A stretch of DNA of 64,000 bases from an uncultured Clostridia bacterium (GTDB lineage: Bacteria > Bacillota > Clostridia > Christensenellales > Aristaeellaceae): the NCBI GenBank assembly GCA_934621505.1, contig CAKTUU010000003.1, positions 18,580 through 82,579 of the forward strand, given 5' to 3'. A program made the translations under genes and the position numbers. Each line of letters begins with the position of its first letter. Within the stretch, counting starts at the first letter, position 1. The notes below the pieces were generated by a model. That model worked only from the letters and a program-made list of their open reading frames with translations, was not told the DNA's origin and searched no databases. Positions 19,836 to 29,539 of the stretch are shown piece by piece.

Positions 19836-19854
19836 GAAAATGAATTTCATTTTC
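19836..19854 (+). promoter_or_regulatory. Zur/Fur-type operator (Zur box)
   Basis: Perfect 9-1-9 palindrome GAAAATGAA-T-TTCATTTTC immediately downstream of the -10 and upstream of the zur RBS. Confidence 0.65.
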
Positions 19855-19871
19855 AGAAAGGAGAAACGCCC

Positions 19872-20288
19872 ATGACCCAGCGCGTCGCGTACCAGACCCG
19901 CCAGCAGGAGGCGGTGGAACGGCTGTTTGCCAGCCATCCTGAGGAATGCCTGACCCCGGAGGAAGCCTACCAGGCTTTAACATCCGCCGGTATGGACGTG
20001 GGAAAAACCACGGTCTACCGGGCCATTACCAAGCTGTGCCAGAGCGGGCGGCTCAGGCGGTACGCGTCCCAGGAACGGGGCGAAGCGGCCCACTACCAAT
20101 ACAGCCCCTGCACGGAAAGCCACCTGCATATACGCTGCGTTCACTGCGGGGCGCTGGCTCATCTGCACTGCGAGGAAGTGGAGGCCTTTGCCGCCCACCT
20201 GAACCAGCATCACGGCTTTACCCTGGATGAAGGGCAGACCATTCTGTACGGCTGCTGCGAGCGTTGCCGTGAAAAGAACCGGAAATGA
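19872..20288 (+). CDS. zur: Fur-family transcriptional regulator, likely zinc uptake regulator
   Basis: 138 aa. Winged-helix N-terminus, HxH and CxxC...CxxC metal sites (HLHIRCVHCG, CCERC). RBS AAAGGAG. Directly upstream of znuABC. Confidence 0.8.
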   Translation: MTQRVAYQTRQQEAVERLFASHPEECLTPEEAYQALTSAGMDVGKTTVYRAITKLCQSGRLRRYASQERGEAAHYQYSPCTESHLHIRCVHCGALAHLHCEEVEAFAAHLNQHHGFTLDEGQTILYGCCERCREKNRK

Positions 20289-20296
20289 GGAATTGG

Positions 20297-21220
20297 ATGA
20301 AAAAAACTCTGTTACTGCTGCTGACGGCCGCCCTTTTGGCAGGGGCTTGCCTGCCCGCCTCCGCCAGCGAAGCGCCCTCCATTGTGGCTACCAACTTTCC
20401 CTGCTACGATTTGGCAAGGCAGCTTTGGGGCAGCGAAGCGGACATTCGCATGCTGCTGCCGCCGGGCAGCGAAAGCCACAGCTACGAGCCTACGCCCCAG
20501 GACATCATCGCCCTGCAAAACTGCGATTTGTTTCTATATGTAGGGGGCGAAAGCGACGCGTGGGTGGAGCGTATTCTGGAATCGCTGGGAGACGGCGCGC
20601 CCCGCACCTTTCGCCTGACCGATCAGGTAACCCTGCTGGAGGAAGAAACCACCGCAAGCATGGACCGTCACGAAGGCCATGAAGACGAGGAAGAAATGGA
20701 CGAGCATGTGTGGACGTCCCCCAAAAACATGCTGGTCATAACCCGGGCCCTGAGCGATACTCTGTGCGCAATCTTTCCGGATCGGGCAAACGCCATTTCC
20801 GCCAACCGGAACGCTTATCTGGCGGAGCTGACCCGGCTGGATCAGGCTTTTGAATCGGTCGTGGCCGGCGGCAGGCGCAGCCTGATTATCTTTGGGGATC
20901 GTTTTCCCTTCCGCTATTTCGCCCGTGATTACGGCCTGCGCTACGACGCCGCCTTTCCCGGGTGCAGCGAGGACAGCGAGCCCAGCGTGCGCACGGTCAT
21001 CTCTCTGATAAATACCATTCGCCGGGAAAAAATTCCCGTGGTGTTTTACATTGAGTTTTCCAGCCGCCGCACAGCGGATATTCTGGCCGAGGAAACGGGA
21101 GCCAAAGAACTTCTGTTTCACAGCTGCCACAATGTATCCGCCGATGAAATGGCCGCCGGAGCCACCTATTTGAGCCTGATGAAAAACAATTTGGAAGCGT
21201 TAAAGGAGGCGCTGAACTGA
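20297..21220 (+). CDS. znuA: zinc ABC transporter substrate-binding lipoprotein
   Basis: Start trimmed to MKKTLLL, which has RBS GAGGAA and overlaps the zur stop. Lipobox LAGAC. His/Asp/Glu-rich loop DRHEGHEDEEEMDEH is typical of ZnuA. Confidence 0.85.
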   Translation: MKKTLLLLLTAALLAGACLPASASEAPSIVATNFPCYDLARQLWGSEADIRMLLPPGSESHSYEPTPQDIIALQNCDLFLYVGGESDAWVERILESLGDGAPRTFRLTDQVTLLEEETTASMDRHEGHEDEEEMDEHVWTSPKNMLVITRALSDTLCAIFPDRANAISANRNAYLAELTRLDQAFESVVAGGRRSLIIFGDRFPFRYFARDYGLRYDAAFPGCSEDSEPSVRTVISLINTIRREKIPVVFYIEFSSRRTADILAEETGAKELLFHSCHNVSADEMAAGATYLSLMKNNLEALKEALN

Positions 21221-21921
21221 TGGCGCTGATTACCTGTGAAAAAGTCAGCTTTGCCTACGAAGGCCGCCCTGTGATTCAACAGCTGGATGTAACCGTTGAA
21301 AAGGGCGATTACCTGTGCATTGTGGGGGAAAACGGTTCCGGCAAAAGCACCCTGGTGAAGGGTCTGCTGGGATTGATCGCCCCCACCCAGGGACGGATCG
21401 TCTATGGCGACGGTCTGACCCACGACCAAATCGGCTATCTGTCCCAGCGCACCCAGGTGCAAAGCGATTTCCCCGCGTCGGTATGGGAAGTGGTTTCCAG
21501 CGGCTGCCGGGGGCGCGGCCCTTTTTTAACCCGGGCCATGCGCCGTCAGGCAAACGAGCAGCTGGACGTGCTGGGAATTGCCGGTATCAAAAACCGCAGC
21601 TTTATGGACCTGAGCGGTGGCCAGCAGCAGCGGGTGCTGCTGGCCCGGGCCCTGTGCGCCACCCGTACCCTGCTGGTGCTGGACGAGCCTGTCACCGGCC
21701 TGGACCCGCTGGTCACCCGGGAAATGTACGATATTATCGCACATTATCACAGGGAGCACGGCCTGACGGTGGTCATGATCTCTCACGATATGGAGGCGGC
21801 GCTGGACAACGCCACCCGGATTTTGCACCTGTCCCATCACGGCAGCTTTCTGGGCACGCCGGAAGCCTACCGCCAGTCGGAATATGCCCGGGGTTTTGTG
21901 GGAGGGGAAAACCATGATTGA
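21220..21921 (+). CDS. znuC: zinc ABC transporter ATP-binding protein
   Basis: Walker A GENGSGKST, signature LSGGQQQR, Walker B LLVLDEP. RBS AAAGGAGG. Confidence 0.88.
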   Translation: MALITCEKVSFAYEGRPVIQQLDVTVEKGDYLCIVGENGSGKSTLVKGLLGLIAPTQGRIVYGDGLTHDQIGYLSQRTQVQSDFPASVWEVVSSGCRGRGPFLTRAMRRQANEQLDVLGIAGIKNRSFMDLSGGQQQRVLLARALCATRTLLVLDEPVTGLDPLVTREMYDIIAHYHREHGLTVVMISHDMEAALDNATRILHLSHHGSFLGTPEAYRQSEYARGFVGGENHD

Positions 21922-22741
21922 AATGTTTCAAACCATGTTCAGCTATCATTTTATGGTGCGCGCCATGGTGGTGGGCGTGCTGGTGGCCCTGTGCGCGTCG
22001 CTGCTGGGGGTCAGCCTGGTGCTGAAGCGCTATTCCATGATCGGGGACGGCCTCAGCCATGTGGGCTTTGGCTCCCTGGCGGTAGCCACCGCTCTGGGCC
22101 TGTCCCCCATGGCGGTTACCATTCCCGTGGTGGTCATCGCGGCGTTTTTGCTGCTGCGGCTCAGCAACCGCGGCAAGCTGAAGGGCGACGCCGCTATTGC
22201 CATGATTTCCACCGGTGCGCTGGCGCTGGGCGTAATCGTATTGTCCCTGAGTACCGGCATGACCAGCGATGTAAACAACTACCTGTTTGGCAGCGTGCTG
22301 GCCATGAACGCCTCCGACGCAAAATGGAGCGTGATTTTGTCCATGGGGGTGCTGGCGCTGTTTCTGCTGTTTTACCGCCGCATTTTCGCCGTAACCTTCG
22401 ATGAAACCTTCGCCTGCGCCACCGGCTTTCACGCCCAGTGGATCAATATGCTGCTGGCTGTCCTCACCGCCGTTACCATTGTGCTGGGCATGCGGGTCAT
22501 GGGCGCCATGCTGATTTCCAGCCTGGTCATTTTTCCTGCCATTACCGCCATGCGGCTGTGCAAGAGCTTTCGGGGCGTTACGCTGTGCGCGGCGGTCGTA
22601 TCGGTAGCGAGCTATTTTATCGGCCTTTGCCTCAGCTACCTGTTTTCCATCCCGGCGGGGGCCAGCGTGGTGGTGGTCAACATCGCTGCGTTTCTGGTCT
22701 TTTCCATGATTGGCAAAATGAAGCAAAACGCCAGAGCCTAG
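21914..22741 (+). CDS. znuB: zinc ABC transporter permease
   Basis: Start trimmed to MIEMFQTMF, which has RBS GGAGGGG and overlaps the znuC stop. About eight TM helices. Confidence 0.85.
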   Translation: MIEMFQTMFSYHFMVRAMVVGVLVALCASLLGVSLVLKRYSMIGDGLSHVGFGSLAVATALGLSPMAVTIPVVVIAAFLLLRLSNRGKLKGDAAIAMISTGALALGVIVLSLSTGMTSDVNNYLFGSVLAMNASDAKWSVILSMGVLALFLLFYRRIFAVTFDETFACATGFHAQWINMLLAVLTAVTIVLGMRVMGAMLISSLVIFPAITAMRLCKSFRGVTLCAAVVSVASYFIGLCLSYLFSIPAGASVVVVNIAAFLVFSMIGKMKQNARA

Positions 22742-22898
22742 CTTGGCCATCCGTCAAAAACGGAGGAATTTTTCCCTTTCTTCCCTGCCTTCCGTAGTAA
22801 GTTTGTCAATAAGCCGTCCTGCAAATACCATTTTTGTTATAATTTTAGCCTGATTTGGCCTTGAATATGTCAAAAACGCATGGTATAGTAAAGACATC

Positions 22899-22936
22899 AA
22901 TTGAGATGCCTCTCAATTCTTGGACACATAGTGTCC
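22899..22936 (+). promoter_or_regulatory. two adjacent perfect inverted repeats, candidate operator sites
   Basis: aattgaga-tgcc-tctcaatt (22899-22918) and ggacac-ata-gtgtcc (22922-22936). They lie 45-80 bp upstream of the sugar ABC operon start. Confidence 0.3.
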
Positions 22937-22979
22937 GCCATTCTCACGTCAATTCAATATGATAAAGGAGGATTCTCTA

Positions 22980-24044
22980 ATGAAGAAATTGACGGCTTTG
23001 TTCCTGGCTCTGGTTCTGGTTCTTTCCATGTGCGTCAGCGCTACCGCCGACGAGGAAAAGAAGTACACCGTGGGCTTCTCCAATGTGTGGGTGGGCAACA
23101 CCTACGGCATTCAGGGCGTAAACGAACTGGAAGCCTTCCTCAACAGCAACCCCCAGGTGGAAAAGTACTACATCTACAACGCTGACAACGACGTGAACAA
23201 GCAGATCTCCGATATCGAAGACCTGATCGCCAAGGGCGTTGACATGCTGATTCTGCAGCCCATCTCCGCCGAGTCCGTGGCCGCCGTTGTGGAAGAAGCC
23301 TACGAGGCCGGTATCGTGGTTGTGGACTGCACCTCTCCTCTGGCTCCCGCTACCGACGAGTACAGCGTGTCCGTGGTCGCCAAGGACTATGACTTTGGCT
23401 ACACCGGCATGAAGTGGCTGTGCGAGCAGATCGGCGGCAAGGGCAACGTAATCTGCCTGGACGGCATGGCCGGTCTGTCCAGCGCCGTGTTGCGCATGGA
23501 AGGCGCTCAGGACGCTTTGAAGGAATACCCCGATGTGAAGATCATCGCCAGCGAATACGCCAACTGGGACTACGCTACCGCCAAGCCCATCGTTGAAAAC
23601 ATGCTGGCTACCTACGACCAGATTGACGCTGTATGGTCCTCCGGCGGCGACATGACCCGCGCTGCGATTGAAGCCTGGGCCGAGGCCGGCCGTCCCTGGG
23701 TTCCCATGATGGGTGAGGACTGCAACGGCTTCCTGAAGCTGTGGAAGAAGTACAAGGACGAGGGCCTGAGCTGCATCGCCGTTTCCCTGCCCACCTGGCT
23801 GTTCGCCTACGGCGCCGAGCTGGGTCTGGAAATTCTGAACGGCACCTACACCGGCGAGAAGGACGTGGTTGTGGAAATCCCCTCCTTCGGCAACGACGAG
23901 GTAGACAAGTATGTGCGTGAAGACCTGTCCGACAGCTTCTGGGGCCAGACCCATATGACCGAGGAGCAGATTGTGGCTCTGTACGGCAATGGCAACGATG
24001 GTTCTCAGGGCATCACCGGCACCGGCGCTGCTTCCGACCACTAA
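22980..24044 (+). CDS. sugar ABC transporter substrate-binding lipoprotein (ribose/galactose-binding-protein fold)
   Basis: Start at MKKLTALFLALVLVLSMC with RBS AAAGGAGG. Lipobox LSMC. Periplasmic-binding-protein type I fold. Confidence 0.85.
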   Translation: MKKLTALFLALVLVLSMCVSATADEEKKYTVGFSNVWVGNTYGIQGVNELEAFLNSNPQVEKYYIYNADNDVNKQISDIEDLIAKGVDMLILQPISAESVAAVVEEAYEAGIVVVDCTSPLAPATDEYSVSVVAKDYDFGYTGMKWLCEQIGGKGNVICLDGMAGLSSAVLRMEGAQDALKEYPDVKIIASEYANWDYATAKPIVENMLATYDQIDAVWSSGGDMTRAAIEAWAEAGRPWVPMMGEDCNGFLKLWKKYKDEGLSCIAVSLPTWLFAYGAELGLEILNGTYTGEKDVVVEIPSFGNDEVDKYVREDLSDSFWGQTHMTEEQIVALYGNGNDGSQGITGTGAASDH

Positions 24045-24084
24045 TCGATTCCTATTTCCCAGACCGACTGGGATAACACTTGAA

Positions 24085-24117
24085 AAGGTGGGAAGCCCGG
24101 CTTCCCACCTTTCTTTC
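24085..24117 (+). terminator. intra-operon hairpin (partial terminator/attenuator) after the SBP gene
   Basis: aaggtgggaagc-ccgg-cttcccacctt stem followed by T-rich ttctttc. Common arrangement that elevates SBP mRNA relative to the rest of the operon. Confidence 0.4.
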
Positions 24118-24140
24118 AATCAGGAAAGGGAATAACCGCT

Positions 24141-25637
24141 GTGAAAGATTTCTATCTGCAAATGAGTGGAATCACCAAAAGTTTTCCCGGCGTAAGGGCG
24201 CTGGACGGCGTGGATTTCGGCCTGTGTAAAAACGAAATTCACGCGCTGGTAGGCGAAAACGGCGCGGGAAAATCCACCCTGATGAACATGCTGGGCGGAA
24301 ACCTGAAGCCGGATGAGGGCGCCATTCAGCTGGACGGCAAGCCTGTCACCATCGCCGGGCCTATCGAGTCCCTGCGGATGGGCATTGGGTTTGTGCATCA
24401 GGAATCCAACCTGCTGCCCAACCTGACCGTGCAGGAAAACGTGTTTTTGGCCCGTGAAAAGCTGGGCCACGGCCTGTTGGACCGCAAGTCCATGCGCAAG
24501 GAAATTTTGCGGGTGAACGAGCGGCTGGGCTATCAGCTGGACCCGGACGCGCGGGTGGGCAGCCTGCACCTGGCGGAGCAGCAATGCGTGGAAATTACCC
24601 GCGCCCTGCTGTGCGAGCCTCGTATTCTGATTCTGGACGAGCCTACCGCCGCCCTGGATGACAGCGAGGTCAGCCGTCTGTTTGACATCGTTCGCCGCCT
24701 GCGGGACGAAGAGGTGGCCATCATCTACATCTCCCACCGGCTGGACGAAATCTTCCAGCTGGCGGACCGCATCACCGTGCTGAAGGACGGCAAGGTGGTG
24801 GGCGTGCGGGATGTGAAGGACGTTACCAAGGACGACATCATCACCATGATGGTGGGCCGCGTGCTGCAGGACATCTACCCCAAGCGGGACGATGCCGTAT
24901 ACGGTGATACGCTGCTGAATGTGGAGCATCTGGATATTCCGGGCAAGGTTCACGACGTCAGCTTTTCCGTGCGCGCCGGTGAAATTGTAGGTCTGGGCGG
25001 ATTGGAAGGTCAGGGCCAGCGGGACACGGTGCGCGCCATCTTTGGCGATGTGCCCTTTACCCACGGCCGCATCACCGCCAACGGTCTGGAGCTGAAAAGC
25101 GGCGGAATCCGCCGCCGCATCCGCAAGGGCATCGGCTATGTAACCCATGACCGCCGTGGCGAGGGTCTGGTGCTGAACGAATCCGTGCGTAAAAACAGCG
25201 CGCTGGCTTCTCTGTACCGGCGCAGCCACCTGGGCTTTGTGGACGCGGCCGCGGAAAAACGCGAGGTAAGCGAAAACGTAGCCAGGATGCAAATCAAAAC
25301 CGCCGGTATGGAACAAAAGGTCGCCAATTTGTCCGGCGGCAACCAGCAGAAGGTGATGCTGGCCCGCTGGCTGATGACCAGGCCCCGGGTGCTGATTATT
25401 GACGAGCCTACCAAGGGCGTGGACGTGGGCGCGCGTATGTCCGTATACCAGATTATCGATCAGCTGACCCGGGAGGGCATCGGCATTGTGATGCTGACCA
25501 GCGATATGATGGAGCTGATTGGCCTTAGCGACCGGGTGCTGGTATTCTACGAGGGTCATATCACCCGGGAACTAAAGCGCGGCGAGGCTACGGAGGAGCG
25601 CATCATGCGCGCCGCCAGCAGCATGCTGGACGAGTGA
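24141..25637 (+). CDS. sugar ABC transporter ATP-binding protein, two fused ABC domains (RbsA/MglA-type)
   Basis: GTG start. Two Walker A motifs (GENGAGKST, GLGGLEGQGQ region) and two signature motifs (LSGGNQQK). 498 aa. Confidence 0.9.
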   Translation: MKDFYLQMSGITKSFPGVRALDGVDFGLCKNEIHALVGENGAGKSTLMNMLGGNLKPDEGAIQLDGKPVTIAGPIESLRMGIGFVHQESNLLPNLTVQENVFLAREKLGHGLLDRKSMRKEILRVNERLGYQLDPDARVGSLHLAEQQCVEITRALLCEPRILILDEPTAALDDSEVSRLFDIVRRLRDEEVAIIYISHRLDEIFQLADRITVLKDGKVVGVRDVKDVTKDDIITMMVGRVLQDIYPKRDDAVYGDTLLNVEHLDIPGKVHDVSFSVRAGEIVGLGGLEGQGQRDTVRAIFGDVPFTHGRITANGLELKSGGIRRRIRKGIGYVTHDRRGEGLVLNESVRKNSALASLYRRSHLGFVDAAAEKREVSENVARMQIKTAGMEQKVANLSGGNQQKVMLARWLMTRPRVLIIDEPTKGVDVGARMSVYQIIDQLTREGIGIVMLTSDMMELIGLSDRVLVFYEGHITRELKRGEATEERIMRAASSMLDE

Positions 25638-25647
25638 GGTGCTTGCT

Positions 25648-26616
25648 ATGAAAAAGAAAAAGCTAAGCCAGCAGGCACGGGGCGTGCTTACCATTTACCT
25701 GCTGCTGGTGCTGGTGTTCATTGTGATGTGCATCTGCTCGGAATCCTTCCGTTCGCTGTACAACATCACCAACCTGTTAACCCAGTGTGTGCCTCTGGCC
25801 TGCGTGGCGCTGGGCCAGACGCTGGTCATTATCTCCGGCGGCATTGACCTGAGCGTCGCCTCCAGCATCAGCGTATGCACGGCTGTGGCGGCCAAGCTGC
25901 TGAATACCGACAGCCCGGCCATGGTCGCCGTCGGCGCGCTGGCCGTTATCCTGACGGGCGTGCTGATTGGCGCGCTGAACGGTCTGGGCGTAAACCTGCT
26001 GAAGGTTCCCCCGTTGATTACCACCCTGTGCATGAACACCGCCCTCAGCGGCGTGGCCCTGTGGATTCTGCCCATGGCCGGCGGCAAGGTCAACCGGGAT
26101 TTCTGCAAATTCGTCTATCAAAAATGGACCATCCTCTCCATGCCCCTGATGATCATGCTGGTGCTGCTGGCCATTATGAGCATTGTTTTGTACCACACCC
26201 GCACCGGCGTTAACATTTACGCCATCGGCAAAAACCGCCGCATCGCGGCCACCATGGGCGTTAACACCCGTGCAACCAGCATCAAAACCTATGTGCTGTG
26301 CGGCCTGTGCGCCGGTTTAACCGGCCTGCTGCTGGCCTGCCGTATGCGCGTGGGCGACCCCACCTGCGGCACGGCTTACGCCATGGACTCCATCACGGCG
26401 GCTGTGGTAGGCGGCACCTCCATGGCTGGCGGTGTGGGTCTGCTGTCCGGTACGGTAGCGGGCGCGTTCCTGATCGGCATGCTGTCCAACATCATGAACA
26501 ACCTGGCGGTAAACCAGTTCTATCAGTATGTGCTGAAGGGCGGCCTGCTGGTGGTTGCCATGATTATTTATTCCATTTCCAACCTGCTGGAGGTGAAGCG
26601 CCATGAAAAGCACTAA
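25648..26616 (+). CDS. sugar ABC transporter permease (RbsC-type)
   Basis: Start at MKKKKLSQQ preferred over the GTG at 25639. Multi-TM. The motif IDLSVASSISV is typical of the RbsC/XylH family. Confidence 0.85.
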   Translation: MKKKKLSQQARGVLTIYLLLVLVFIVMCICSESFRSLYNITNLLTQCVPLACVALGQTLVIISGGIDLSVASSISVCTAVAAKLLNTDSPAMVAVGALAVILTGVLIGALNGLGVNLLKVPPLITTLCMNTALSGVALWILPMAGGKVNRDFCKFVYQKWTILSMPLMIMLVLLAIMSIVLYHTRTGVNIYAIGKNRRIAATMGVNTRATSIKTYVLCGLCAGLTGLLLACRMRVGDPTCGTAYAMDSITAAVVGGTSMAGGVGLLSGTVAGAFLIGMLSNIMNNLAVNQFYQYVLKGGLLVVAMIIYSISNLLEVKRHEKH

Positions 26617-27556
26617 TCTAAGGCGCAATCCCAACGCCTCTCTACAGCCCCTGTTTTTGCTGGGCATCATTGTTCTGATGGTGGCCATGCAGGCCATTCT
26701 GGTTCCCGGCTCAGTAACCGGCAGCCAATTGTGGCTGGTTTCCCGTCAGGCTTCCGCGCTGGGCATTATCGCCCTGGGCCAGGCGCTGGTCATTCTGGTA
26801 GGCGGCATCGACCTGAGCGTCGGTTCCATTGTGATGATGACCAACGTATTCTGCATCGCGCTGATGCAGGGGTCCAACCAGTCCCTGTGGAGCGGTCTGG
26901 GCGCGTGCCTGCTGATTGCGCTGGCCATTGGCGCGGCCAACGCTATCGGCGTGCTGGTGCTGAACATCGCGCCCTTTGTGATGACGCTTTGCACCATGAC
27001 CATTCTGCAGGGCATTTGCTATGTGTATACCCAGGGCGCGCCTACCGGAAGCGCCGCGCCTGCCATTCGCACGCTGGGCTCCGGCTATCTGGGCCCTATC
27101 CCCTATTCCACGGTGATCTGGTTTGTACTGGCCGCCGTTACGCTGGTGGTGCTGCGCTTTACCACCCTGGGCCGCAAGGTATATGCCGTTGGCGGCAATG
27201 GACAGGCGGCGCGGCTCAGCGGCATCAGCAACAAGGCCGTTATCGCCGGTGCGTACATTTTTTCCGCTGTGATGGCCATGATCGCGGGCGTGATTATGTC
27301 CGGCTATCTGAACATCACCTCCCTGACCGTAGGCGGCGACTATGTGAACAACTCTCTGGCGGCTGTGCTGATTGGTGGCAACGCCATTGAGGGCGGCCGG
27401 GGCGGCATCCTGGGCGTGGTGTTGGGCGCGTTCTTTATGACGTTCCTGATGGCCATCCTGACGATGATTGGCATCGGCGAGGTGGGCAAGCTGATTGTTC
27501 AGGGTCTGGTAATCTTTGTGGTGGTGGCCGTGCAAAGCATGGTCAAAAAGGACTAA
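26603..27556 (+). CDS. sugar ABC transporter permease (second RbsC-type paralog)
   Basis: Overlaps the previous gene. GIDLSVGSIVMM motif. RBS GGAGGTG. Confidence 0.85.
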   Translation: MKSTNLRRNPNASLQPLFLLGIIVLMVAMQAILVPGSVTGSQLWLVSRQASALGIIALGQALVILVGGIDLSVGSIVMMTNVFCIALMQGSNQSLWSGLGACLLIALAIGAANAIGVLVLNIAPFVMTLCTMTILQGICYVYTQGAPTGSAAPAIRTLGSGYLGPIPYSTVIWFVLAAVTLVVLRFTTLGRKVYAVGGNGQAARLSGISNKAVIAGAYIFSAVMAMIAGVIMSGYLNITSLTVGGDYVNNSLAAVLIGGNAIEGGRGGILGVVLGAFFMTFLMAILTMIGIGEVGKLIVQGLVIFVVVAVQSMVKKD

Positions 27557-27568
27557 AGGAGGCGGCGT

Positions 27569-28441
27569 ATGAACATTGGCGTAAACCAGTTCTGTTTCCC
27601 CATGAGCTACGATGTGGCTGACGCGGTAAAGGCGGCAAAGCGCCTGGGCTTTGACAGCATCGAGGTATGCTTTACCGCCGCGGACGGCGCTCGGCCCGGC
27701 GGCGGCGTAACCGACGCGCTGGACATCAGCGGCTACCATAACCGTCTGCTGAATATGGGCAGCACCGACAAGGACGTGCGCGAGCTGAAAAAGCTGGCCG
27801 ATGATACCGGCATTCGCATTTCCAGCGTGGGCGGCATTGTCAGCTTCTCCATCTATCCCCTGACTGCTACGGACGCGCAGGTGGCCCAAAAGAGCATGGA
27901 CGCCGTTAAAAAGATGCTGGATTTCGCCCGTATCCTTGGCGCGGACACCATTCTGGTCATTCCCGGCATGCTGACGGCGGATATGGAGTACAAGGCGGCC
28001 TACGATCTGGCGCAAAGCCGGGTGGCCCAGCTGGCGGCCTACGCCCCGGATATTCAGCTGGCCATTGAGAATGTATGGAACGGCATGCTGTACAGTCCGT
28101 TGGAAATGAGCCGCTTTGTGGACGAGACCGGCCGGAGCAATGTAGGCGTGTACTTTGACATTGCCAACGCCCGCCGCTTTGGCTGGCCCCAGCAGTGGAT
28201 CCGCACCCTGGGCAGGCGCATTCGGCAGTTCCACTGCAAGGATTACCGCATGTCCGTGGATACCATCAACGGCTTTACCAACCTGTTGGACGGCGATGTG
28301 GACTGGCCGGAGGTAATGACCGCCATCCGCGAAACCGGCTACAATGGCGAACTGGTGGTGGAACTGGTTCCTCCCTCCCATTATCTGGTGGAAAACACCC
28401 TTACCTATGCGCAAAACACCCTACGGGATTTCCTGAAATAA
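27569..28441 (+). CDS. sugar phosphate isomerase/epimerase (xylose isomerase-like TIM barrel)
   Basis: 290 aa. RBS AAAGGAGG. Typical AP-endonuclease-2 / xylose-isomerase-like TIM-barrel features (IENVWN, divalent-metal ligands). Confidence 0.8.
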   Translation: MNIGVNQFCFPMSYDVADAVKAAKRLGFDSIEVCFTAADGARPGGGVTDALDISGYHNRLLNMGSTDKDVRELKKLADDTGIRISSVGGIVSFSIYPLTATDAQVAQKSMDAVKKMLDFARILGADTILVIPGMLTADMEYKAAYDLAQSRVAQLAAYAPDIQLAIENVWNGMLYSPLEMSRFVDETGRSNVGVYFDIANARRFGWPQQWIRTLGRRIRQFHCKDYRMSVDTINGFTNLLDGDVDWPEVMTAIRETGYNGELVVELVPPSHYLVENTLTYAQNTLRDFLK

Positions 28442-28465
28442 ACATTTGAAAGGGGTAAACTGAAC

Positions 28466-29488
28466 ATGAAAAAGTATGGCGTAATGATCGTTGGCACGGG
28501 CTGGGTATCCGGCGAGCACATTCGGGCGTTTGAAATGAACGAGCATGCCGAGGTACGGGCCATTGTGTCCCGCAGCTACGAAAAGGGCCGCGCCAAGGCG
28601 GACGAGTACAATCTGGGCGACCGCTGCAAGGTGTACACGGATTATGACGAGGCCCTGAAGGACCCCAACGTGGACATTGTGGTCATCTGCACCCCCAACG
28701 ACATGCACTGCGAGCAGACCATCAAGGCGGCTCAGGCCCACAAGCACATCCTGCTGGAAAAGCCCGTCGCCCTGACCTGGGAGGACACCCTGCGCATGGA
28801 CAAGGCCGTGCGGGAAGCGGGCGTAAAGACTCTGGTGGGCTATGTGCTGCACTACAATCCCCTGTTCATGGCCGCCAAGAAGCTGCAAAAGGACTTTATC
28901 GGCAAGCTGACCTATGCCGAAACCGACTACTTCCACCGTGTGACCAGCAACATTCCCTGCTATGAATGGACCTGCAAAAAGTCCGTTGGCGGCAGCTCTC
29001 TGCTGGCCGGCGGCTGCCACGCGGTAGACGCCATGCGCTGGTTTATGCAGGACGAAGTGGTCAGCGTGTATGCCCAGAGCAGCAAAATGCGCACCGACCT
29101 GGAATTTGACGGCACCATCGCCATCATTCTGAAGTTTAAGAACGGCGCTGTGGCCAAGATTGGTTCCAGCTACGACTTTATCAGCCCCTATGTGTTCAAC
29201 CTGAACCTGTGCGGCGATAAGGGCACCCTGTGGAACGACAAGCTGTGGTCCCCCGGCATGATTCCCGAGCAGCGCGACTACATGCAGCTGCCCGTGCTGA
29301 CCCCCAACAGCGGCGATGTAAAGCACCATCCCTTCCCCGAGGAAGTGGAGCACTTCATGGATTGCATCGTCAACGACCGTGAGACGGATTGTCCCCTCAG
29401 CGACGCTGTAAAGACCCAGGAAGTGGTCTTTGCCGCCGATCGCAGCGCCGCCACCGGCGAAGTGATCAAGCTGCCCCTGGAGCGCTGA
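28466..29488 (+). CDS. Gfo/Idh/MocA family NAD(P)-dependent oxidoreductase
   Basis: N-terminal Rossmann MKKYGVMIVGTGWVSGEHIRAF. EKP motif (LLEKPVA). 340 aa. Confidence 0.85.
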   Translation: MKKYGVMIVGTGWVSGEHIRAFEMNEHAEVRAIVSRSYEKGRAKADEYNLGDRCKVYTDYDEALKDPNVDIVVICTPNDMHCEQTIKAAQAHKHILLEKPVALTWEDTLRMDKAVREAGVKTLVGYVLHYNPLFMAAKKLQKDFIGKLTYAETDYFHRVTSNIPCYEWTCKKSVGGSSLLAGGCHAVDAMRWFMQDEVVSVYAQSSKMRTDLEFDGTIAIILKFKNGAVAKIGSSYDFISPYVFNLNLCGDKGTLWNDKLWSPGMIPEQRDYMQLPVLTPNSGDVKHHPFPEEVEHFMDCIVNDRETDCPLSDAVKTQEVVFAADRSAATGEVIKLPLER

Positions 29489-29497
29489 GAAAAAGCA

Positions 29498-29539
29498 ATC
29501 CCGCAGGCGATTTTAATGCCGCCTGCGGGATTTTTTTAT
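29498..29539. terminator. bidirectional rho-independent terminator
   Basis: aatcccgcaggcg-attttaatgc-cgcctgcgggatt followed by TTTTTT. Sits between the convergent oxidoreductase and araC-type genes. Confidence 0.65.
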
